From positions 128,001-192,000 of the forward strand of contig CBDCCZ010000003.1 of NCBI GenBank assembly GCA_965215005.1: a stretch of DNA of 64,000 bases, read 5' to 3'. Positions 31,952 through 42,827 of this stretch are shown here, in pieces. The stretch comes from Kofleriaceae bacterium. GTDB lineage: Bacteria; Myxococcota_A; Polyangia; Haliangiales; Haliangiaceae. The translations under genes were made by a program, and so were the position numbers. The notes under the pieces were generated by a model, which had not been told where the DNA came from, made no database searches, and was given only the letters and a program-made list of their open reading frames with translations. Positions within the stretch are counted from its first letter, which is position 1; each line of letters opens with the position of its first letter.

Positions 31952-31976
31952 ACCTAACACTTAGGTTGAAGGTCAA
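31952..31976 (-). promoter_or_regulatory. MerR-type promoter/operator
   Basis: Minus strand TTGACC (-35) followed by TTCAACCTAAGTGTTAGGT, which contains the dyad ACCTAA-N3-TTAGGT; upstream of the merR-family start. Confidence 0.6.
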
Positions 31977-32199
31977 GCGAACGACTGAGGAACATCAGCC
32001 TGACTCTGTCCTGCGTTTCCGGCTTCGTCTGAGGCGTTCACCAGGGCAACGTTCGGGCCGGCACGCCCAAAGCCGCACGGCAGTTTCGATTTGGCACATG
32101 CAGTGTATCTGAACAGAGCCGCGACCTTCGGCCCCTTCTCCCGCTGGAATCGAGCTGGTGACTTGCTGCGGTCAGCGTCTGTCGCCACACTCGCGCGAT

Positions 32200-32703
32200 A
32201 TGCAACGTGGGGAGCACTCGGTGAGCGCTGGCCGGCGCGGCTTTCTTGACACCCGCACCCTCGCCCTTGCTATCACCCTAATCGTGGGAGTGAGCACCGC
32301 ATCGTGCCGATCGGAGCCGCCGCCGTCGCAGTCGAGCGTCGCTGCCACGCCCGCGCCGGCACCTCTGGAGCCCCCCTCGCCCGTCGCACCACGGGCCGTC
32401 GACCTGGTCGAGCACGTGGAAGAACATCTGCGTATCGTCGAAGAGATGGCGGCGGCGGCCCAGTCCTATGGCTCGAACTGCCAACGCCTAGCAGCAGCGC
32501 TGCAGGCCATCGCCAGCCGCCATACGCGTTACTTCGTCGATGCCGACCGCCTCGCGCTGGAACCCGAGGTCACCGCCAAGCTCGAAGTCTTGGCAGCGCC
32601 ACTCGAGGAACGCAGCGAAGCGGCCATGCGCAAGCTCGAGGCGGCCCACGATTGCCTTGATGACGAGGCGGTCACGGCTGCGCTCGAGGCCATGCCCCTA
32701 TGA
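32200..32703 (+). CDS. Hypothetical lipoprotein
   Basis: Hydrophobic segment ending TASC, Pro-rich linker, helical domain with two Cys. Confidence 0.65.
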   Translation: MQRGEHSVSAGRRGFLDTRTLALAITLIVGVSTASCRSEPPPSQSSVAATPAPAPLEPPSPVAPRAVDLVEHVEEHLRIVEEMAAAAQSYGSNCQRLAAALQAIASRHTRYFVDADRLALEPEVTAKLEVLAAPLEERSEAAMRKLEAAHDCLDDEAVTAALEAMPL

Positions 32704-32717
32704 AACGCGACGCGCTG

Positions 32718-34127
<1,410 letters not shown>

Positions 34128-34303
34128 CTTAATCACGCCAGCAGGGGGAGCGGAAGGCGTGGCTCGCCTCATGGTTCGCTCATGGCTATCGGCGCAGGCC
34201 GACGACCACGTGATGATGTTGGGGCTGACTGCCGCGAGCGTCACGGTCTGCGGCGCTCATCGTTGACCCACCGCCGGTCAAGGTCGACACTGCGGGCCGG
34301 CGC

Positions 34304-34990
34304 ATGCTGTTTCGGCAACTCTTCGATCAGACCTCCTGCACCTACACCTATCTGCTTGCCGCGGATGGCGAAGCGCTGCTCATCGATCCGGTCAAGCAGC
34401 AGCTCGGCTGTTACCTGCGATTGCTCACCGAGCTCGAGCTGCGCCTAACCGCCGCCCTCGACACCCACGTCCACGCCGACCACGTCACCGCGCTCGGTGC
34501 CCTTCGCGAAGCGCTCGGCTGCACCACTCTCATGGGTGAGCAAAGTCGCGCCGATTGCGTATCACGCAAGCTCAAAGACGGCGATCGCATCTACGTTGCC
34601 GACCTCGAGCTGCGCGCGGTCTACACCCCCGGCCACACCGACGACAGCTACTCGTTCGTCATGAGCGACCGCGTGTTCACCGGCGACACCTTGCTGATCC
34701 GCGGCACCGGCCGCACCGACTTTCAAAACGGCGATCCCTACCGCCAGTATCACAGCTTGTTCGAGCGTCTGCTGCGGCTGCCCGCCGATACGCTGGTGTA
34801 TCCCGCCCATGATTATAAAGGATGGACGGTGAGCACCATTGGCGAAGAACGCGCGCACAATCCCCGGCTGCAGGTCGACTCCGCCGCCGACTACGCCAAG
34901 CTGATGCACGGGCTCGAGCTACCGCATCCGCGACTGATGGATATCGCCGTACCCGCCAACCTCAGCTGCGGCATGGACGAAACGTCCTGA
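34304..34990 (+). CDS. MBL-fold persulfide dioxygenase (ETHE1-like)
   Basis: [46 protein letters not shown] and ANLSCG motifs. Confidence 0.92.
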   Translation: MLFRQLFDQTSCTYTYLLAADGEALLIDPVKQQLGCYLRLLTELELRLTAALDTHVHADHVTALGALREALGCTTLMGEQSRADCVSRKLKDGDRIYVADLELRAVYTPGHTDDSYSFVMSDRVFTGDTLLIRGTGRTDFQNGDPYRQYHSLFERLLRLPADTLVYPAHDYKGWTVSTIGEERAHNPRLQVDSAADYAKLMHGLELPHPRLMDIAVPANLSCGMDETS

Positions 34991-35039
34991 GCCGAGCGTG
35001 TTTGACCACCTAGGAGCGGCAGTCTACCCTCGTTGGGCC

Positions 35040-35336
35040 ATGGGCAAGTCGATCTCCCGCAACGATCCGTGCCCGTGTGGCAGCGGCAAGAAGTACAAAC
35101 ACTGCCACTATGGCAAGAACACCCTCGAGTCCACGGCTACGCGTTGGCTGCTGCCAGTCGTCGGCATCGCCGTCTCGGCAGCGCTTGGTATCTACATGGC
35201 GCTGCGCTACGACCTGAGCATTGGCGTCGGGTTCGGGGTCGGCGGGGTCATGGTTGTCGGCATCTTGCTCATCCTTCGCAACCCGCCACCACCGGGCGGC
35301 GGGGGCGATCCAGGCGCCATCAACTTCGGCGGCTAA
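35040..35336 (+). CDS. SEC-C motif membrane protein
   Basis: [17 protein letters not shown] followed by two hydrophobic helices. Confidence 0.85.
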   Translation: MGKSISRNDPCPCGSGKKYKHCHYGKNTLESTATRWLLPVVGIAVSAALGIYMALRYDLSIGVGFGVGGVMVVGILLILRNPPPPGGGGDPGAINFGG

Positions 35337-35479
35337 CGCGGCTGGCAGCTCGCAGCGGCGAGCAACGTCTCCTTCCCGCAGCGCACAAAAAAAGCGCAGC
35401 TCGAGGGCGGGCGTGGGAATTTGACCGGCGGGGTCGCGGTTGACAGTCCTTGCAAACCGATGCGATCAGGGACGTTGAT

Positions 35480-36466
<987 letters not shown>

Positions 36467-36477
36467 CCGAGGCGCCG

Positions 36478-37461
36478 ATGCTGCCAGCGGAGATCGCAGA
36501 GCAGGTCAAGCGCGTCCAGCTGCAGACCGGACGCCACGTCGCCGACGTGCTCGCCGGTCACTATCTATCGGTGTTCAAAGGCCGCGGCATGGAGTTCGAC
36601 GAGGTGCGCCCGTACGTTCCCGGGGATGACGTTCGCACCATCGACTGGAACGTCACGGCGCGCATGGGCGAGCCCTATATCAAGCGGTATGTCGAAGAGC
36701 GCGAGCTCACGGTCATGTTGCTGGTCGACGTCTCCGCCTCGCTCGACTTTGGCTCGGCGCGCCGCTCCAAACGCGAGGCCGCGGTCGAGCTGTCGGCGTT
36801 GCTGGCGTTCTCGGCAATCCACAACCACGACAAGGTCGGGTTGCTCTTGTTCCACGGTGCCGCCGAAGAATACATTCCGCCACGCAGCGGCCAAAAACAC
36901 GCTCTCCGGGTGATTCGCGAGGTTTTAGCTCGCGGCCGTGAAGACGCCCCCGCGCCTCCGCAGCGGCGTTTCAACCCGTTTGGCTTGCCGCGCGAGATCC
37001 TGTCGCGGTTTCGCCAACTCAAGGCGCAGTCGCGGCGTGAGCCGCGGCGGGCTACCAATATCGCCCATGCGTTGGATTTCTGCCGGCGCGTGCTGCCGCG
37101 TCGAACCGTGCTGTTCTTGATTAGCGACTTTTTGGACGACGGCTATCTCGACATCCTGCGCAGCGCCAATCGCCGCCACGACGTGGTCTCGGTGCTAGTG
37201 ACCGATGAGCGCGAGCTAGCGATGCCAGGCGCTGGACTCATCACGTTAGAAGACGCCGAGTCGGGCTCGACACGGCTCATCGACTCGCAGTCGAGCGAGT
37301 TTCGCCAGGCGCTTGCAGCGGGAGCCAGCGCACGCATCGAAGGGCTCGCGAGCAGCCTGCGCGCCTCGCGCGTCGACATGATGCGCATCGACGCCACGCG
37401 TCCCACCATCGACCCACTGCTCGAGTTCTTTCGCATGCGAGAAAAGAGGCTGCGCCGGTGA
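36478..37461 (+). CDS. DUF58 domain protein
   Basis: FKGRGMEFDEVRPY.PGDDVRTIDWNVTAR, EERELT and ISDF motifs. Confidence 0.95.
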   Translation: MLPAEIAEQVKRVQLQTGRHVADVLAGHYLSVFKGRGMEFDEVRPYVPGDDVRTIDWNVTARMGEPYIKRYVEERELTVMLLVDVSASLDFGSARRSKREAAVELSALLAFSAIHNHDKVGLLLFHGAAEEYIPPRSGQKHALRVIREVLARGREDAPAPPQRRFNPFGLPREILSRFRQLKAQSRREPRRATNIAHALDFCRRVLPRRTVLFLISDFLDDGYLDILRSANRRHDVVSVLVTDERELAMPGAGLITLEDAESGSTRLIDSQSSEFRQALAAGASARIEGLASSLRASRVDMMRIDATRPTIDPLLEFFRMREKRLRR

Positions 37462-38456
37462 AGTCATTGCTTGCAATGATCGCTCTTGCCATCGCGGTAG
37501 CCGGCTGCGATGCGCCGGCGCCCACAGCGACCCCCGAGGTTGCCGATGACGCCCTCACGTCAACCGCCGAGCTCGGACCGGTGCGAGCCACACTCGAGCT
37601 GCGGCCGAAGGAGCCGCGCCTGGGCGATGTGCTCACGCTTTCGCTCGTGGTCACAGCCGAGGCCGGGATCGAGGTCACGATGCCCGACTTCGGCGAGGCG
37701 CTGGGCCGCTTTAGCATCGTCTCGTTCGAGCCGCGAGAGCGGCACCAGGCTGGCCAAACCGTGCATGAACAGGTCTATGGGCTGCAACCGCCGATGAGCG
37801 GACCTCAACGCATTCCGCCGCTGCGCGTCGAGTTTGTCGATAAACGCAAACGCGCGGGAAAAAAGCAACTCGAGTCGCGCGAGCTGTTGACCGATGAGCT
37901 GGCCGTCAACGTGGCGTCGGTTCTTCCCGAAGGCGAGGTGACGAGCGAGCTGCGCGCGGCGCGGGACTCACTCGGGCCGCGCAACCAAACTCTGCTGCTT
38001 CGCTTCTGGTGGGCGTTTCTGGCCGCCGGCGTCGTTTTGGGTGGCGCGGTGATGGCGCTACTGCGCTGGCGTTCGAGTCGCGCGCAGATCGCCAAAGTCG
38101 ATGCGTACCAGGCGGCGATGCAGCGACTCGCGGTGCTAGAGGCGCGTGGATTGCCCACCGGCGAGACCGCCGATGCTTGGTACGTCGAGCTCTCGAGCAT
38201 CGTCCGTCGCTATCTCGAAGATCGGTATCGCGTCCGCGCTCCAGAGCTCACCACCGAAGAGTTCCTGCTAGAAGCGCAGCGCTCGCGCGAGCTTACCGGC
38301 GAGCATCGCGCGCTGTTGGCTTCGTTCTTGACGATCTGCGACCGAGTGAAGTTTGCCGGTCACGAGCCCAACGAGTCGGAATCGAGCGAAGCGCTCACCG
38401 CGGCGCGGCGATTTCTCTCCGAAACCCGTGCAACTGCGGCGCAGGAGGCAGCGTGA
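37458..38456 (+). CDS. Bat-operon membrane lipoprotein
   Basis: Lipobox VAGC, Ig-like region, TM helix, RRYLE..Y...APELTTEEFL...DRVKFA. Confidence 0.8.
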   Translation: MKSLLAMIALAIAVAGCDAPAPTATPEVADDALTSTAELGPVRATLELRPKEPRLGDVLTLSLVVTAEAGIEVTMPDFGEALGRFSIVSFEPRERHQAGQTVHEQVYGLQPPMSGPQRIPPLRVEFVDKRKRAGKKQLESRELLTDELAVNVASVLPEGEVTSELRAARDSLGPRNQTLLLRFWWAFLAAGVVLGGAVMALLRWRSSRAQIAKVDAYQAAMQRLAVLEARGLPTGETADAWYVELSSIVRRYLEDRYRVRAPELTTEEFLLEAQRSRELTGEHRALLASFLTICDRVKFAGHEPNESESSEALTAARRFLSETRATAAQEAA

Positions 38457-39487
38457 TGCAGCTCTTCGGCGTTGGTTTTCGCCACCCGTGGCTGCTGCTC
38501 ACCGCGCTCTTGGCGTTGCCCGTGTTCTATTGGAGCTATCGGGCCTCTGCGCGGGTACTGTTTTCCTCGCTAGCAGCGCTGCCCACCCGCGGCTCGACCT
38601 GGCGCACGGCATTGTCGTGGGTGCCGGCGGCCCTGCTCGCGATCGCGACGCTGGCCTTGGCCGTAGCCCTCGCGGGACCGCGCACTGCGACCGACCTCCG
38701 TCGGATACGCCGCGAAGGCATCGCCATCATGATGGTGGTAGACATCTCGGGCTCGATGCGCGCGCTCGATCTCGCGCGCGATGGCAACAAAGACACCCGG
38801 CTCGATGCCGTGAAGCGAGTATTCGAAGACTTCGTGCTCGGCGGCAACGGACTGCCCGGCCGCCCCAACGATGCCATCGGCATCGTGAGCTTTGCCGGGT
38901 ACGCCGACACCCGCGCGCCGCTTACGCTCGATCACGAGCAGGTCGCCGAGATCGCCAAGCGACTGCGAATCGTCACCGATCGCTCCGAAGACGGCACCGC
39001 ACTCGGCGATGGCCTCGGGTTGGCCGTCGAGCGACTGCACCGCTCCAAGGCGCGCTCGAAGATCGCCATCGTGCTCACCGACGGCGTCAACAACGCCGGC
39101 GAGCTGACGCCGAGCGCGGCGGCTCAGCTGGCCAAGAAGAAAGGCATCAAGGTCTACACCATCGGCGCGGGCACCACTGGGATGGCGCCGATCGAGGTGC
39201 CTGATCCGTTCACCGGTCGCCCAACCATGCAGGCGGTGCCGGTAGAGATCGACGAGGCGACGCTGCAGGAGATCGCCGCTGAAACCAACGGCCAATACTT
39301 CCGCGCAAGCGATGCCGAGGCGTTGGCGCAGGTCTATCGCGAAATCGATTCACTCGAGCGCAGTGAGCTCGGCGAAGAACGAGAAACCGAGTACCACGAG
39401 CTCTACGCGCTGCCGCTGGGGCTCGGGCTGGCGCTGGCGTGCCTTGGCTGGCTCGCCCAGCTCACGGTGTTCAGGAGGCTGCCGTGA
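38456..39487 (+). CDS. batA: VWA domain protein (BatA-like)
   Basis: N-terminal F.HPW double TM, MIDAS DISGSM, GTALGDGL, LTDGVNNAG. Confidence 0.9.
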   Translation: MQLFGVGFRHPWLLLTALLALPVFYWSYRASARVLFSSLAALPTRGSTWRTALSWVPAALLAIATLALAVALAGPRTATDLRRIRREGIAIMMVVDISGSMRALDLARDGNKDTRLDAVKRVFEDFVLGGNGLPGRPNDAIGIVSFAGYADTRAPLTLDHEQVAEIAKRLRIVTDRSEDGTALGDGLGLAVERLHRSKARSKIAIVLTDGVNNAGELTPSAAAQLAKKKGIKVYTIGAGTTGMAPIEVPDPFTGRPTMQAVPVEIDEATLQEIAAETNGQYFRASDAEALAQVYREIDSLERSELGEERETEYHELYALPLGLGLALACLGWLAQLTVFRRLP

Positions 39488-40515
39488 TGAGCGCAATCTA
39501 TTTCGCCGAGCCGCAATGGGTTCATCTCATTTGGCTCGCAGCGGCATTGGTTGCGGTCTTCGGATGGCTAGAGCTGCGCCATCGCGAAGCCCTCGGTCGC
39601 TTCATCTCTTCGCTGATGGCGCGCCGGCTAGCGCGGGCACCGAGTCGCGGCGCGCGCATTGCGCGGCTGATCCTCATCGCGACGACGCTGCTGTTTGGCA
39701 TCTTGGCGCTGATGCGTCCGCAGACCGCCGGGGCGCCACGCAGCATCGCCGGAACCCGCGTATCGGGCGACGTGATGATCGTGCTCGACACCTCGCGCAG
39801 CATGCTCGCGGGTGACGCGGCGCCCTCGCGCCTGGCGCGCGCCAAAGCCGAGATTGCCGACCTGGCGGGACGCCTGGAGGAGCATCGCGTCGGGCTCGTC
39901 GCCTTTGCTGGCCGCGCAGCGGTGCTCGCGCCGCCGACCACCGATGATCAATTCTTTCGCATGGTGCTTCGCGAGGTCGATACCAGCACGGTGTCGCGAG
40001 GCGGCACCAACATCGGTCAGGCGCTGCGAGTCGCGGTAGAAGAGCTCGGACCAGGAGATGGCGCCAAGCTAATCGTGCTCATCACCGATGGCGAGGACCA
40101 CGACTCGCTTCCGCTCGATGCTGCCAAGGGAGCTCTCGAGGCCGGAATTCGGGTGGTAACCATCGGCTTTGGCAGCGAGACCGGCAGCGAGCTCTTCGAG
40201 GTCGATCCGCAGACCGGGGCACGCCGGCCGATTACCGACGCCAGCGGCGCGCCGGTAGTCTCACGACTCGATGGCGCGCTGCTTCGCGACATCGCCCGCA
40301 TCACCGAAGGCGCCTACATTCCCGCCGGCACCGCGGTGCTCGACCTCGAGTCGATCGTCAAGCGACACATCGAGCCGCTGGTGCGAGAAGCTGGCACCGA
40401 GCGCACCCGCACGATTCCCGGCGAGCAGTATCCATGGGCAGTGCTCGTCGCGCTGGCGTCGCTAGTAGCGGCGGTGTACGCCGGCAGCCGCAGCCGCGGC
40501 AGGAGGGCCCTTTGA
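39487..40515 (+). CDS. batB: VWA domain protein (BatB-like)
   Basis: DTSRSMLAGDAAPSRL, RVGLVAFAG and ITDGEDH motifs. Confidence 0.88.
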   Translation: MSAIYFAEPQWVHLIWLAAALVAVFGWLELRHREALGRFISSLMARRLARAPSRGARIARLILIATTLLFGILALMRPQTAGAPRSIAGTRVSGDVMIVLDTSRSMLAGDAAPSRLARAKAEIADLAGRLEEHRVGLVAFAGRAAVLAPPTTDDQFFRMVLREVDTSTVSRGGTNIGQALRVAVEELGPGDGAKLIVLITDGEDHDSLPLDAAKGALEAGIRVVTIGFGSETGSELFEVDPQTGARRPITDASGAPVVSRLDGALLRDIARITEGAYIPAGTAVLDLESIVKRHIEPLVREAGTERTRTIPGEQYPWAVLVALASLVAAVYAGSRSRGRRAL

Positions 40516-42827
40516 TCCCACGTTTGACGGTGTTATGTGCGCTTGCCGCGGTGCTGGGCTGCAGCGATCCTGGCGCCAGCGATGCAGCGCGTACGCAATA
40601 CAATGAGGGCGTTGGCGCGTTGGCCGCGGGCGACCCGATTGCAGCACGATCGGCGCTACTGGCGGCGCGCGATGACGCCGGCGCCGATAGCGAGCTGCGC
40701 TATCGGGCCGCGTTCAATCTCGGGCTCACGTACGCTACCGAGGCGGCCGGGCTGGAGAAGAGCGAGCCGGAGCAAGCATTGGAAGCCTTGGGTCACGCCG
40801 CGGCGTGGTTTCGCGATGCGAGTAGCTTGCGTCCCGAAGATGACGACGCGCGCGCGAACCTAGAAGTCGTGTTGCGTCGCCGCCAGGTACTCGCCGATCA
40901 GCTCAATGACGGCAAGGCGTTGGCAGCACGGCTCGCGCGAGTGATCGAAGACGAGCGTGCCCTGCGCGATCAGCTCCGCGCACTGCTAAGCCAACTCAAA
41001 GCCGCCGGCGCCACTGCCGAGCCAGCGGCGTTTGCTTCCTCGTTCGAGGCACTCGCAACCCAGCAGCGGGTCCTGCGTGGCGACGCCGGCACCGTGTGGG
41101 ACCTGGCCAGCGCCGAGCTCGGCAATCTCTCGGCGAAGCCCGAGCAGGAGCAGACGGAGATCGACCGGGCGCGGGCGATAGCTCTCGAGCGGCTCACGCC
41201 GTATCTCGAACAGGCGCGGCAAGCCATGGAAACCACGCGAAGTCAGCTTCGCCAGTTGAACGTGGAAACCGCCCACGATGAGAGTGACGAAGCACTGGAG
41301 AAGCTCAAGCGCGCCTATGAGCAGCTCATGGATCCCGTGCAGCTGCTGCGCAGCTTGGTGGGCGAAGAAGATCAACTCGCGCGCCACACCACCCTCTTGA
41401 GCGCGCTCCGAGGTGGCGGCTTGCGGCTCGACGATGCCGCGCCGCCGCAGGAGGCGCCGCCGTGGCTCACCGGTGAGCGGCTTGCCTCGCAGCAACAGCG
41501 GCTCGAGGAGCGCACGAGCGAGCTGCAAGCGCGGCTCGCAGCGGGCGCGAGCGCCGAGCCCCCAGAAGACGCGCCACCCGAGCAGGTGCGGCTGATTGCT
41601 GCCGCCGCTGAAGCAGCGCCGCTGGTGAGCCAGGCGAGCTCGCAGATGCAAGCCGCGGCCACCGCGTTGAATGGCGGCGAGCTCGACGTCGCTGCCAAAC
41701 ACGAGACGGCGGCCATCGAGGCGCTACTAGCGGCCGCCGAGCGCTTTGCCGATATTCGCGCGCTCATCGAGCTAGCGCATGCCGACCAGCAGGCGGTCAT
41801 CGCACTGTTAACGCCGCCGAGCCAGCTCGAGCTCGGCGACGATGCCGCTCGCGTATTGACCGAGATGAGCACCGCCGAGCGCGCTGAGCTGCTCACCACC
41901 AAGGTGCGGAGTAACCAGGACCGCATGACCAAGCTCGAGGCGCTATTTGCCAGCGAGGTCGAGAAACTGGCCGCACCGACGCCAGCGGACCCGGCGCAGC
42001 CGCAAGCTGCGCAAAACCCCGAGCAGCTCGAGGCCGAGCGCGAGCGTCTGCGGCTCGCCGAAGAGCATCGCGTCGCCGCCAGCGCCGCGCTCACGACGCT
42101 AGCTGAAATTCTGGCCCGGTCGGCCAAAGGGGCGCTGCCGCCGGCGCAGACCGCCGGCGAGCACCTCGAAGAGCTACGACGGCTGTGGTTTAGCATCGTC
42201 GAGCACCTCGAAGAGCTGCGCGATCGCCAGGCGCAGACCTATGATGCGACCTCGACGGCGCAAGCTTCCGGGGGAATCGATCAGCGCGCGGAGCTCGGCG
42301 CACCTGCCGATGCGCAACGGCAGCACCTCGCGCGAGCAACGCCGCTGGCAGCGGCGCTGGAGGAGCAGGCCGATCGAGCAGCGGCCGCGTCCGAAGAAGC
42401 GGCGCGCGCTCAAGCCGAGAAACTGGGGCAAGCGGCAGAGCTGGTGCGAAGCGCCGAGGGCGAGATCAACGTCGCCGCCGAGGTGCTCGGCACGGCGGTC
42501 GATGAGACCGTCGCGGAGTCGGTGGAGCTCGAACCGGCGCTCGAGGCGCAGCGCAACGCCATGCAGCACCTCGACGAAGCGATCGCCCTGCTCAAGCCAC
42601 CGCCGCAAAATCAGCAGGATCAGCAGGACCAAGACCAGAACCAGCAGCAAACGCAGCAGGACCAAGACCAGAACCAGCAGCAAAAACAGCAAGACCAGGC
42701 GCAAGAGGTGTCGCAGCAGCAAGCCGAGCGCCAGCTGCAAGCGATTCGCGATCGCGAAGCCGCGCGCAAGCGCAGCGAAGAACAGCGCCAGCGCGCGCCG
42801 CGCGAGCCGGTCGCCAAGGATTGGTAA
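40512..42827 (+). CDS. TPR/coiled-coil lipoprotein with Gln-rich tail (extended BatC-like)
   Basis: Lipobox VLGC, AAFNLG...DDARANLE TPR, long helical region, Q-rich repeat, C-terminal PVAKDW. Confidence 0.8.
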   Translation: MIPRLTVLCALAAVLGCSDPGASDAARTQYNEGVGALAAGDPIAARSALLAARDDAGADSELRYRAAFNLGLTYATEAAGLEKSEPEQALEALGHAAAWFRDASSLRPEDDDARANLEVVLRRRQVLADQLNDGKALAARLARVIEDERALRDQLRALLSQLKAAGATAEPAAFASSFEALATQQRVLRGDAGTVWDLASAELGNLSAKPEQEQTEIDRARAIALERLTPYLEQARQAMETTRSQLRQLNVETAHDESDEALEKLKRAYEQLMDPVQLLRSLVGEEDQLARHTTLLSALRGGGLRLDDAAPPQEAPPWLTGERLASQQQRLEERTSELQARLAAGASAEPPEDAPPEQVRLIAAAAEAAPLVSQASSQMQAAATALNGGELDVAAKHETAAIEALLAAAERFADIRALIELAHADQQAVIALLTPPSQLELGDDAARVLTEMSTAERAELLTTKVRSNQDRMTKLEALFASEVEKLAAPTPADPAQPQAAQNPEQLEAERERLRLAEEHRVAASAALTTLAEILARSAKGALPPAQTAGEHLEELRRLWFSIVEHLEELRDRQAQTYDATSTAQASGGIDQRAELGAPADAQRQHLARATPLAAALEEQADRAAAASEEAARAQAEKLGQAAELVRSAEGEINVAAEVLGTAVDETVAESVELEPALEAQRNAMQHLDEAIALLKPPPQNQQDQQDQDQNQQQTQQDQDQNQQQKQQDQAQEVSQQQAERQLQAIRDREAARKRSEEQRQRAPREPVAKDW

